Shown: piece after piece, positions 9,564 to 20,100 of the stretch
Position numbering within the stretch: position 1 is the first letter of the stretch
Layout of the letters: every line of letters begins with the position of its first letter
Assembly (NCBI GenBank): GCA_030704615.1
Contig: JAKLZA010000018.1
Location: forward strand, 1-25,000
Length of the DNA: 25,000 bases
Reading direction: 5' to 3'
DNA from: Takakia lepidozioides
Lineage: Eukaryota > Plantae > Bryophyta
Translations under genes and position numbers: made by a program
The notes under the pieces: generated by a model
What the model was told of the DNA's origin: nothing
The model's input: the letters and a program-made list of their open reading frames with translations, nothing else
The model's database searches: none

Positions 9564-10130
9564 TATTTTGTGGACCTCAGTCGATGGTAGGACGGTCGAG
9601 GCAGAAAGATTTATCGTAGAGGACCACATCGCAAGCAGAAGAGTGTCAACCAAGGACTAATGATTTATAACTACAAGAAGCCTGGGTGGGTGGATGGTGA
9701 ATTCCAGGAGCTGGATGCAGCTCGGGTCGAATATGCAAATACAATATGCAATACAGACGAGGAGCTTTTGAAGGTATATTTTTCAATCCCTAGTCCGTTG
9801 TCGAACAGTCGATGCATAAAGATCCATCCGAAGGGACCAGATGTCACGCACAAGAATACGAACCAGAGATTATGGATTGACAGCTACAATACAATATTGT
9901 GGATGGATAGTGAATTGGAGAAGCTGGATGCAGCTAGAGCCAAATATCCACAAATTGGAAGTACAGACAAGGAGAAGCTTTGGAAGGACTTCTTTTCAAA
10001 CCCCAGGCAATGGTGGGACGATCAGGGGAGAACGATCCACCCTAGTACCAGATTTCAAGCACAAGGGTACCAATTGGAGGCTATGGATTGATAGCGACAA
10101 GAAACTTGCATGGGGGGATGGGGAACTCAA
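9564..10130 (+). repeat. Three tandem degenerate PDF motif repeats in copy 2
   Basis: YFVDLSRW*DGRGRKIYRRGPHRKQK..GLMIYNYKKPGWVDGE; DEELLKVYFSIPS..KIHPKGPDVTHK..RLWIDSYNTILWMDSE; DKEKLWKDFFSNPRQWWDDQGRTIHP/PDFKHKGTNWRLWIDSDKKLAWGDGE. Confidence 0.8.
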
Positions 10131-12387
10131 AGCAGCGACAGCATACTTTTGTGGGTCAGGTAGCCCCACCAAGACGACCTCTTGTGAAAGATGTGGGGAT
10201 GTGAGGACACTCTGTAAGGCAGGACAACTGAAAGCAGCCCTGCAGATTTTGAACCAAGGAGGCATTTTGGTAGACTCCAAAACTTATGTTTGTCTCTTGC
10301 AGGAGTGCATCAAGAGGAAAGGCCTAGCAGAGGGAAAGCAGGTGCATGCCCATATTATCGAAAGTGGATTCGACCCAGACATCTTTCTACATAACAACCT
10401 CATCAACATGCATGCCAAGTGTGGGAGTGTTGTGGATGCACGCCTAGTGTTTGACAAAATGCCTGAACATAGCTTAATTACGTGCAATATAATGATAGCA
10501 GGATATACAAAGCAAGAATACTATAGGGAGGCCGTCGATATCTATGAACAAATGGTTGGGGAGCAGGTGATACCCAACCAGATCACATTCATGTGCATTC
10601 TCAAGGCTTGTGTGAGCCTGGCAGACCTGGAAAAGGGCAAAGAGGTCCATGCTCAGATCATGAAATCTGGAATTGCACCAGATATCATTCTGAACACTGC
10701 CCTAGTTAACATGTATGCCAAATGTGGGAGCATCATGGACGCAAAGGGAGTGTTTGACAACATGACTGAACGAGATCTGGTCTTATGGAGTGTGATGATT
10801 GCAGGATATTCCCAGCATGGGTGTGGGATGCAGGCACTGGTGACCTATGAGCAAATGATGCAGGAAGGGGTGAAGCCTGACCAGATCACATTTGTCTGTG
10901 TTTGCAATGCATGTGCTGGTCTGGCAGACCTGGAAAAGGGCAAACAGGTCCATGCTGACATTGTGAAATATGGAATTGTACCAGATATCATTCTGGACAA
11001 TACCCTTGTGGACATGTATGCAAAATGCGGGAGCATAAAGGATGCAAAGAGAGTGTTTGAGAATATGGCTGATCGAGATGTTGTGTCATGGAATGTGATG
11101 ATCGCAGGATATGCCCGGCAGGGCTGTGGGATGGAGGCTTTGGAGACCTATGCACAAATGATGCGGGAGGGGGTGCAGCCCAACCAGGTCACGTTTGTTT
11201 GCGTTTGCAATGTGTGTTCCAGCCTGTCAGTCCTGAAACAGGCAAAAGAGGTTCATGCTGACATCAGGAAAGCTGGAATCGGCCCAAATATCATCTTGGA
11301 CAATATGATTTTTGACATGTACGCTAAATGTGGGAGCATCGAGGATGCAAAGGGCGTGTTTGACAATATGTCTGAACGGGATGTGGTGTCATGGAATGCA
11401 ATGATTGCAACATATGCCCAGCATGGGTGTGCGATGGACGCTTTGGAGACTTACGATCAAATGATGTGGGAAGGGATGACGCCGAACCAGGTCACGTTCA
11501 TTTGTGTTTGCAATGTGTGTGGCACCCTGGCAGCTCTTGAAAAGGGCAAACAGGTTCATGCTGACATCGTGAGAGCTGGAATTATACCAAATATCACTCT
11601 GAACAACACCCTCGTGGACATGTATGCCAAATGCGGGGGCATCAATGATGCGAAAGGAGTATTTGATCGTATGGCTGAACGAGATGTGGTGTCTTGGAAT
11701 GCAATGATCACTGGATATGCTCAGCATGGCTATGAGTTGAAAGCTTTGAAGACCTATGAGCAAATGATGCAGGCAGGGATAAGGCCAGACCAGGTCACAT
11801 TCGTTGGTGTTTGCAATGCGTGCGCCAGCCTGACAGCTCTGGAAAAGGGCAAAGAAGTTCATACTGATATCGTCAAATCTGGAGTTGTACCAAATATCAT
11901 TCTGGACAACACCCTTGTGGACATGTATGGCAAGTGCGGGAGCATCAAGGATGCAAAGGTAGTGTTCGATTATATGGCTGAACGAGATGTGGTCTCATGG
12001 AATACGATGATCTCAGGATATGCCAAGCATGGTTGTCGTAGGGAGGCTCTGCAACTATTTGAATGGATGGAACATGCAGGCTTAAAGCCGAACAGCACCA
12101 CCTTTATATGTCTTCTCTCAGCATGTAGCCATGGGGGCCTAGTGGATGAAGGCAGACACTACTTCGATTCCCTGAGTAAAGATCATGACCTCTCTCCTAC
12201 TGTGGAGCACTTTGGCTGCATGGTGGACCTTCTTGGCCGTGCAGGGCGATTGGATGAGGCAGAGGACTTTGTCAACAAAATGCCAATCAGACATTACGCA
12301 GTGGTGTGGAAAGCCTTGCTTGGTGCCTGCAGAACCCATGGCAATGTGGAGGTGGCAGAACGTGTGGCAAAATCTATTTTCAAGTGA
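9841..12387 (+). CDS. Possible DYW-less PLS PPR protein (848 aa): residual open frame of copy 2
   Basis: Uninterrupted ORF holding L-S-(P-L-S)x5-P2-L2-S2 (10276-12297, 20 motifs) and most of E1. The first ~69 aa come from an alternative frame of the PDF repeats. Expression is unknown. Confidence 0.45.
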   Translation: MSRTRIRTRDYGLTATIQYCGWIVNWRSWMQLEPNIHKLEVQTRRSFGRTSFQTPGNGGTIRGERSTLVPDFKHKGTNWRLWIDSDKKLAWGDGELKAATAYFCGSGSPTKTTSCERCGDVRTLCKAGQLKAALQILNQGGILVDSKTYVCLLQECIKRKGLAEGKQVHAHIIESGFDPDIFLHNNLINMHAKCGSVVDARLVFDKMPEHSLITCNIMIAGYTKQEYYREAVDIYEQMVGEQVIPNQITFMCILKACVSLADLEKGKEVHAQIMKSGIAPDIILNTALVNMYAKCGSIMDAKGVFDNMTERDLVLWSVMIAGYSQHGCGMQALVTYEQMMQEGVKPDQITFVCVCNACAGLADLEKGKQVHADIVKYGIVPDIILDNTLVDMYAKCGSIKDAKRVFENMADRDVVSWNVMIAGYARQGCGMEALETYAQMMREGVQPNQVTFVCVCNVCSSLSVLKQAKEVHADIRKAGIGPNIILDNMIFDMYAKCGSIEDAKGVFDNMSERDVVSWNAMIATYAQHGCAMDALETYDQMMWEGMTPNQVTFICVCNVCGTLAALEKGKQVHADIVRAGIIPNITLNNTLVDMYAKCGGINDAKGVFDRMAERDVVSWNAMITGYAQHGYELKALKTYEQMMQAGIRPDQVTFVGVCNACASLTALEKGKEVHTDIVKSGVVPNIILDNTLVDMYGKCGSIKDAKVVFDYMAERDVVSWNTMISGYAKHGCRREALQLFEWMEHAGLKPNSTTFICLLSACSHGGLVDEGRHYFDSLSKDHDLSPTVEHFGCMVDLLGRAGRLDEAEDFVNKMPIRHYAVVWKALLGACRTHGNVEVAERVAKSIFK

Positions 12388-13054
12388 GATTGACAGGAAC
12401 TTGTGTGTGCTATCAAACATGCATGTCACAGCTGGGAGGTGGGATGAGACTGCAAAGGTGAGGAAGATGATGAATGTCGGAGGTGCCAGAAGGTTTCAGT
12501 CAGCAAGAGGGTGCACACATTTGTGGTAGATGACAAATTGCATCGACTAATTGACAAATGCATGCTGAACTGACAAGATCATCGGGGCAGATAAGGAGGC
12601 AGGGTACATGCCTGTCACACTCTTTGTATTGCTTGATATGGAGGAGGAGAAAATCTACTGCAGTGCGAAGCTGGCCATTGCTTTTGGGCAGATCAGCATG
12701 ACTCATGGAACATCAATTGTGCGGTCTCCTCACCATGAGGTGGAAACAAAACTGGAATGGCAATATGCTCCCGCATAACAATGGTAACCTGGCTACAAGC
12801 TTTAACTGTGATGCACATGGTGGTCTACAGCATGGTAGAACAACTACTTGATGCCTGCACTTGTGCTTTAGCTCCTAGTTTGGCCACAGATGTGACATAT
12901 GGCTGTCATTGGAGTCAAAAGGATCAACAAATGGCAAGGCTGCTGCTGGTGATCAGATCCTAGCAATTTCCTACAGTCCATAAAAACATTTGAGAACAGC
13001 ACACACGTGTGTGTACTCTCAACACCATTCCACACCAAGCATGAGGCAGGAAAA

Positions 13055-14801
13055 AGTCTTCCCTTGTGCCCTTTCTTTCCTTTTCACAACGAAGCAAGTG
13101 CCGCCTCACCTGGATCCATCACAACGAACCAGCAGGTTAGTGATCCCTGTGGAACCCCAGGCTTAAACGGCAGACACTAGGAGACATTCATGGATTGCAG
13201 TACATAAGGAAAAGACAGCAAAATACTGTCCCTGGACAACCGATTAGGCATTTTTGCGCCTAATAATAAAATCAATCAATCAGAAAATTACGCATGTTTT
13301 GAAAACAATTTCTCAAATTAGGCATCTTCATGCTATAATTTTTTAGAATTAGGCACATGAGAAGAGAAAACAATGATTTTCTTAAGAATAAAATTACAAA
13401 ATAGACACCCAATGCCCATGCGCCCTTCCAGGCTCCAGCTACCTTTCATTTCCTTTGAAACCCTAAAAATGCCCCTCTCCAAGGCTCAAGCTGGTACAGG
13501 CAAGCTCTCCCTTCGCTCTCACACTTTAGGTGAGTTCAATACTGATAGTCCACACTAGTGTAGGCACGTCGGTACATTGGTCATTGGGTAGGCACGCTGG
13601 TTCAGGGCTTTGATACATTGGTCATTGGGTACACTGGTTTTCATATTGGTATGCTGGTGCATGGTGAAACCTCTTATGTAATGGTACTCATGAGTTGTGG
13701 TAGGCTGGTAGGCTAGTTATTTCCGCACACATATATTTGTATTAATTTTTGTTCAAAGAAATTTCGATCTTATTACAAACAACATGAGAAGAGGCTTGCA
13801 AGTTTTTTGGTGGAATTTTTGGGCATTAGGCACTTTGGTCCCATAATTTCCCAACAATTAGGCCAAAATCTGAAAAATTCACAGAATTCATTAGGCACTT
13901 TCATTTTGAATTAATTATCACCTAAACGGTTGTCCAGGGACGGTAGTGGGTGGGAGGGTGGTAGTTGTCATAAATAGAGCAGCAGTAAGTACCCATTCCC
14001 GAAAGGAAGGTGTGATTAGTGCCAAGTACTAAACAAGGGCACATATAGCCTGGGTGAGCACCTAGCTTGCAGCCATATTTCAGCAGCAGTTTAGCAGTAA
14101 GGTGCTGCTCCTTCAGCTCTTGCCTGCTCGTCTTCCAAACAAGAAAAGAGCCAGGGCTTCTAACCGCATAGGGCGGCCTCTCCTCTGACCAAATAGGGCG
14201 GCTGCTTTAGCTAGAACTAGGAAGAGCACTAGTATCTCCTTAAAGGTAATTCCTTTCCATGTAGGTACAAGCTCGTAGATCCTTCAGACCATTCAGAGCA
14301 AAGCACCAGTAGTATGTGTACACAATTAGCATATACAAACAGATTTCTCTTGCCCTTATTAGCCTTCCCTGCAACAAAGAAGGTGCACTGGCCTCACGTC
14401 AATCCCTCACAGCCAACCAACCAACAGGTTAGTGATCTCCGTGGAACCCCAGGCTTAAAGGACTTCACATTTGTTATCAATGAGGTACACAATGTAACCC
14501 ACCTACTTCAGCCCATGCTCCAGAGGGAGGGGGCGTGGTCTCATGACTGTAAGCACCCATTCCCAAAAGGAAGCTATTCCTAGAGCCTAGTACTCTAAGC
14601 AAGGAGCCACATAGAGGCCCTCGGGTTGCAAGAGTATTCATAGATTCAGAGTAGAGCTAGTCAAGTCCATGTAAGTTCCTCATAGTGTCCACTCTGCCAT
14701 ACGAAGTGCTTAAAGAGCCTGAATGAGTAACTTGCTTGACTGCTCCTTCAGCTCTTGCATGCTCCTCTTCCAAATGAGAATAGCAGCACGGGCTTCTAAC
14801 C
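13055..14801. repeat. Diverged local tandem duplication (unit A ~13055-14165, interrupted by the MITE; unit B ~14345-14801)
   Basis: Shared blocks in the same order: CAGGTTAGTGATC..GTGGAACCCCAGGCTTAAA; GTAAG.ACCCATTCCC.AAAGGAAG; CTGCTCCTTCAGCTCTTGC.TGCTC.TCTTCCAAA; GGGCTTCTAACC. Confidence 0.75.
13226..13943. mobile_element. Non-autonomous Tc1/mariner-type MITE (718 bp)
   Basis: 23-bp TIRs with 2 mismatches: CTGTCCCTGGACAACCGATTAGG vs reverse complement CCGTCCCTGGACAACCGTTTAGG. TA on both sides (13224-13225 and 13944-13945). AT-rich interior with repeated ATTAGGC motifs and a duplicated TACATTGGTCATTGGGTA. Confidence 0.85.
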
Positions 14802-15095
14802 TGCTGTAGGTTAGGACTTACTGAAAACCCTAATGATCATCCTCATGAATCATCCCGTTCTCCATTTTCCCATTCTGTTCTAGGCAAAAGCTTCTGAACA
14901 GAATAATGGGATCAGGCAATTCTCGAGTGCTGGTACAAAGAATTTAGTCACCTTCAAGGAAAAAGAGTACACATAGGACGTTGTTTGCCGTCACGTTGTG
15001 GCCATTGACCCCGTGCTCAGCTTGAGCATAACACAAGGGACAGTGACTACCTTTGTCAGGGGCTGACGCCGGTAGTATGACTCAAGGAAAAGAAA

Positions 15096-15111
15096 AGAGA
15101 GAGAGAGAGAG
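15096..15111. repeat. (AG)8 microsatellite
   Basis: Read directly. Confidence 0.9.
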
Positions 15112-15145
15112 TTTTTAATTTTCTGGACCGTCAGTGCTGCGTGAG

Positions 15146-15385
15146 TGTCCTGTGCAGGGGTGGATCTTCACATGTTATACAACCTGGGAGAAGACAGGTA
15201 TGTCTGGATTGGTCGCCTGATTTATTTCCTTATCTTTATGTGATCTCTAGCCATGTGCTCTACCATCCAAAATCATTTGATCATAGATATACCTATGACT
15301 TGGGGCTCATCTTGGTCTCCTGCTTTCTTGTTGTCATACTGCCCGCTGTCCCCTGCTCTGCGCCATGCTGTTTCTGTCCCAATTT
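15146..15385 (+). repeat. Diverged interspersed repeat, similar to ~7546-7780
   Basis: Same collinear blocks as the 7546-7780 copy. Boundaries approximate. Confidence 0.6.
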
Positions 15386-16133
15386 TTTTATCAAACCTGT
15401 TGCTATGCGCAGATGATTAGCGGCTTATCACCACCATACATGTTCTTGTTCTGCCTAGTCCATGGATTGGTGAGAGACGGTCGCCAAGTCTATACTGCAA
15501 TTCTCACATTACGGGTTCAAGAGGAGTGTGTGTTTGTTGTTTCGTTTGTATCTATATGTATTTTGTCCTTGCTTCTGTCTTTCTTTTTCTTTTTTCTTGT
15601 CTCTATTTTTCTTTTCTTTGCTATTTATTTCTTGTTTTCTCCTCTGAAAATCCCTCTAACCGCAGATCAGATCATCTCATTACTTCTTTCTTGGCTACCT
15701 TTTAATTGTAAGTATGGAGATATCTCGGTACTTAAAAGGATATTCAGTAGAGGTTTGATTGTCATGTGGCCATCTATAGGAGGGTTTAGAGGGGCCTTGT
15801 GGTGATCGAAAAAGGCCCAAGACCAGCAAACGGGTAGGACTGCTCTTTTAAAAAGTGGAGCAGTGCAGCAAAGCCATGTAACAAGTGGAGTATTGGCTTT
15901 GGGTTGGAGATTGTTTGCTGGGCACTAAGACTGCAAGTATCATTGTAGAACAATGGCTGCTGGGCAAGGTGGCATATTTTTTTCTGCAGAAGAGTTTCTG
16001 TCACACCCAAAGGCTTTTCGAGGACGGGGGCCAAATCTGGATACTTGCAAAGACTTTGTTGGAAACATTTTGAGCAATTTTCACCAATGAAAGATACTTG
16101 GACAGCTAAAGAATTTTGTACAGACAAGGGATG

Positions 16134-16330
16134 TTTTTTTTTTTTTTTTTTTTTTCACTCTAACTGTTCGCGGCCTTACGTGGCGGTTGGCGCCACGACT
16201 CCTCACGGCCCGCCCTAGGCCGCTCGTTGGCCACGGGCTGGCCAGTGATACCCTGTGGTACCACTCCCACGAGCCTTCATGGCCCGCCATCCCCACGATC
16301 TGGTCACCGAGCCCACTAAATCCCATTCAA
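16134..16330 (-). mobile_element. Possible 3' end of a non-LTR retroelement (GC-rich tail plus poly-A on the minus strand)
   Basis: T22 run at 16134-16155 directly abutting a GC-rich segment. No TSD or RT motif recognised; the 5' extent is unknown. Confidence 0.35.
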
Positions 16331-17014
16331 AAGAGGTCATGGACAAGGTAACCATGGCAGAAGGCCTTATGGCTTACATTAGCCATGACTGGGTCACCAC
16401 CCAGAACTAAGCATTCCGGCCTACGATGGTATCACTGAGATATTCAGCAGGCAGGAACCTTGTCATTGACAAAGAGCAACCGAGTCTAAAACTAGGATAA
16501 CCATGATAGCCTCCACCTTCTAAAGCCAGATTCTAGTCGAATGAAACAGAAAAAGAGTCCTATCTGCAAAGAGCCCCCCCTACTAGACAATTCAAGCTGG
16601 GAAGGGACCCAAGAGCAGCTGACCGAGCACCAAGAACTCAAGGCAACAGCATCCTCAACCAGGTTGAGGTAAAGCAGCTGAGCAGCTTGCAACCCTCTTT
16701 GCAAAAGCCAATCAAAAAAGCAGAACAAAGCAGAACAATTACAACATTGGACCAGCCTACACAAGGAAGTCTAAACAGAGAAGTCTAAGCAACACCAACG
16801 AAAGCTGTATGGGCAAAGGCCTTGTCAGTGCACACTTCTACAGGAAAGCAGAAGCCACAAATTGATGGGGACGTTTAGAAAAACAATTGTAGATTGCTGG
16901 ATTGTGCAGAAGTGGGGATGGGAGAGAGATGTTTCTGTTTGTGTGCACAATCACCACTTGTTCAAGTGCATCTTGAAACCGTGTTTGAAAGCCTCCTCCC
17001 CCCTCGATTGCTGC

Positions 17015-17038
17015 GAGAGAGAGAGAGAGAGAGAGAGA
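17015..17038. repeat. (GA)12 microsatellite ~150 bp upstream of copy 3 (possible GAGA element or 5' UTR repeat)
   Basis: Read directly; a regulatory role is inference. Confidence 0.9.
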
Positions 17039-17191
17039 GCGATGCGGCCCAGCTCAGTGTGTCAACGACGGTGGCTAGCAACCATGTTGTTATTGTACGC
17101 ACATGGGACGTAACCAGGCTCACAACAGCAGCTTCAAACTTCCACATGGAAGGCTCCAGCGCAGGTTCCCAAAGCTCGAGAAGGAGCAGTC

Positions 17192-20100
17192 ATGGCAGGG
17201 CGTGCAATACGCGTGCCATGCTCCGCACGTTGCCGTGGGTTCCCTTACAAGCCTCCCCGAGGCGACGCTGCTTGCAAGACTGGGCATGTCCTGACAGCTT
17301 CAGAAACGTCTGGGCTGTTTACACGGTATGTGACCCCTGTACATTTTTCGAACCACATTGAATTGAGAGTTTGTTTAAACAGTTTCAAGCTTAATGCGCG
17401 GCAGTGCAGACCGGTAGAGGAGAAAGTTCATGGACAGGGTGAGGAGCAGCAGGGCCGCATACGCAAATGTCCGAAAAGCCAAAAGGAAAAGCTTCGGAAC
17501 GAAGTTTTTGCAGACCCCAGGATACGGTGGGACAATCCAGGTAGAAATATGCATCCAAGGGAACCAGATCTCCAGCATAAAAGTGCGAACCAGAGACTAT
17601 GGATCGATAGCTATAACATACCTGCATGGGTGGATGGTGAATTGGAGAAGCTGGATGCAGCTGGGGCCAAATATCCCAAAATTGACCATACAGACGAGGA
17701 GAAGCTGTGGAAGGAATATTTTTCAAACCCAAGTCAATGCTGGGACGATCGAGGTACTAGAAAGATCCATCCTAGAGAACCAGATTTCAAGCACAACAGT
17801 GCCAACGATGGACTATGGATTGATAGCTACACTAAACCTCTATTGACATATGCTCAATTGGAAGCACCTCCTGCACAGCTGTGTGAGTCAGGCACGCCTG
17901 CCATGAGGACTGCTTTTGAAATATGTGGGGATGTGAGGACACTATGTAAGTCAGGGAAAGTGAAAGCAGCTATGCAGATTTTGAATCAAGGAGGCATTTC
18001 GGCAGATTCCAAAACATATGTCTGCCTCTTGCAGGAGTGCATTAGGAGAAGAGGCCTAGCCGAGGGAAAGGAGGTGCATGCCCACATTATCCAAAGTGGA
18101 TTCAAGCCAGACATCTTTCTACACAACACCCTGATCAACATGCATGCCAAGTGCGGGAGCTTAGTGGATGCACGCATAGTGTTTGACTCAATGCCTGAAC
18201 GAGGTTTGGTCACTTGGAATATAATGATAGCAGCATATGTCAAGCACGGACATTGTAGGGAGGCCTTTGTGACCTATAAACTCATGATGCAGAAAGGGGT
18301 GACACCCAACCAGGTCACATTCATTTGTGTTCTCAAGGCTTGTGCAAGCCTGGCAGACCTGGAGAAGGGCAAAGAGGTCCATTCTCAGATCATGAAATCT
18401 GGAATTGTACCAAACATCATTCTTGAGACTACCTTAGTCAACATGTATGCAAAATGCAGGAGCATTGACAATGCAAAGGCAGTGTTTGACATTATGGCTA
18501 AACGAGATCTGGTCGCATGGAGTGCAATGATCGCACGATATGCCGAGCATGGGTTTGCAACAGAGGCTTTGGAGACATATGAGCAAATGATGCGGGAAGG
18601 AGTGAAGCCTGACTCGGTCATGTTCGTTTGCGTTTGCAATGCATGTGCCAGCCTGGCAGTTCTGGAAAAAGCCAAAGAGGTCCATGATGACATCCTGAAA
18701 GCTGGAATTGTACCCGATATCATTTTGGAGAATACCCTCATGGACATGTATGCAAAATGTGGGAGCATGAACGATGCAAAGGGAGTGTTCGAAAATATGG
18801 CAAAACAAGACGTGGTGTCATGGAATGCAATGATCGCAGGATATGCACAGAACAGGTGTGGGATAGAGGCGTTGGAGACTTATGAGCAAATGATGGAGGA
18901 AGGGGTGAAACCCGACCAGGTTACGTTTGTTTGCGTTTGCAGTGCGTGTGCCAGCCTGGCAGTCCTGGAAAAAGCCAAAGACGTTCACGCTGACATTGTG
19001 AAAGCTGGAATTGCGCCAACTGTCAGTCTGGACACCACCCTCTTGGACATGTTTGCCAAATGTGGGAGCATTAATGATGCCAAGGAAGTGTTCGACAATA
19101 TGGCTGAGCGAGATGTGGTCTCATGGAATGCGATGATCAAAGGATATGCCCAGTGTGGGTATGGGATGGAGGCTTTGGAGACCTATGAGCAAATGAGGCG
19201 GGAAGGGGTGAAGCCCAACCATGTTACATTTGTTTGCCTTTGCAATGCCTGTACCAGTCTGGCAGCCCTGGAAATGGGCAAAGAGGTCCATGCTGACATC
19301 ATGAGAGCTGGAATTGGGCCAGATATCATTCTGGACAATACACTTGTGGACATGTATGCCAAATGTGGGAGCATTAAGGAAGCAAAGGGTGTGTTCGAGA
19401 ATATGGCTGAACGAAATGTGGTTTCCTGGAGTGCGATGATTGCAGGATATGCCCAGCAAGGGTGTGGGATGGAGGCTTTGGAGACCTATGAGCAAATGGT
19501 GGGGCAAGGGGTGAGGCCCAACCAGGTCACATTCATTTCTGTTTGCAATGCATGTGCCAGTCTGGGATCCCTGGAAAAGTGCAAAGGGGTTCATGCTGAT
19601 ATCATGAGAGCTGGAATTGGGCCAGATATAATTCTGGACAATACCCTTGTGGACATGTATGCCAAATGTTGGAGCATCACGGATGCAAAGGCAGTGTTCG
19701 ACAGTATGGGTGAACGAGATGTGGTGTCATGGAATGCAATGATCGCAGGATATGTGCAGCATGGGTTTGGGAGGGAGGCTTTGGAGACCTTTGACCAAAT
19801 GTTGCAGGGAGGAGTGAAGCCAGACCAGGTGACGTTCGTTTGCATTTGCAATGCATGTTCCAGCCTGGCAGCCTTGGAAAGGGGCAAAGAGGTCCACACT
19901 GAAATCGTAAAATCTGGAATAGTACCAAATATCATGCTGGCCAACACCCTTGTAGACATGTATGCCAAGTGCGGGAGCATTGGGGATGCGAAGGGAGTGT
20001 TTGACAATATGGCTGAACGAAATGTGGTGTCATGGAGTGCCATGATTGCAGGATATGCCAGGCATGGTTGTCGACGAGAGGCCCTGCAGCTATTTGAAGG

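Larger units (their letters stand above)
9287..12714 (+). pseudogene. Middle paralog (copy 2) of the PDF-PPR-DYW family; N-terminus and E2/DYW disrupted
   Basis: Collinear with copies 1 and 3. Stops at 9355 (TAA), 9364 (TAG) and 9588 (TAG); frameshifts near 9530-9560 and ~10045; TGG->TGA at 12385 and TGA at 12391; deletions in E2/PG box; HSEKLA reads CSAKLA (12659-12676). Homology ends near 12714, before the CxxC. Confidence 0.85.

Noticed and set aside
15365-15805. 146-aa hydrophobic ORF resembling a membrane protein
   Set aside because: The hydrophobicity comes from a T-rich low-complexity tract; no recognisable motif.
16862-17361. ORFs crossing the (GA)12 tract as an N-terminal extension of copy 3
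   Set aside because: The 155-aa ORF is in a different frame, and the in-frame 83-aa ORF stops at 17113. The ERER runs are microsatellite translation.
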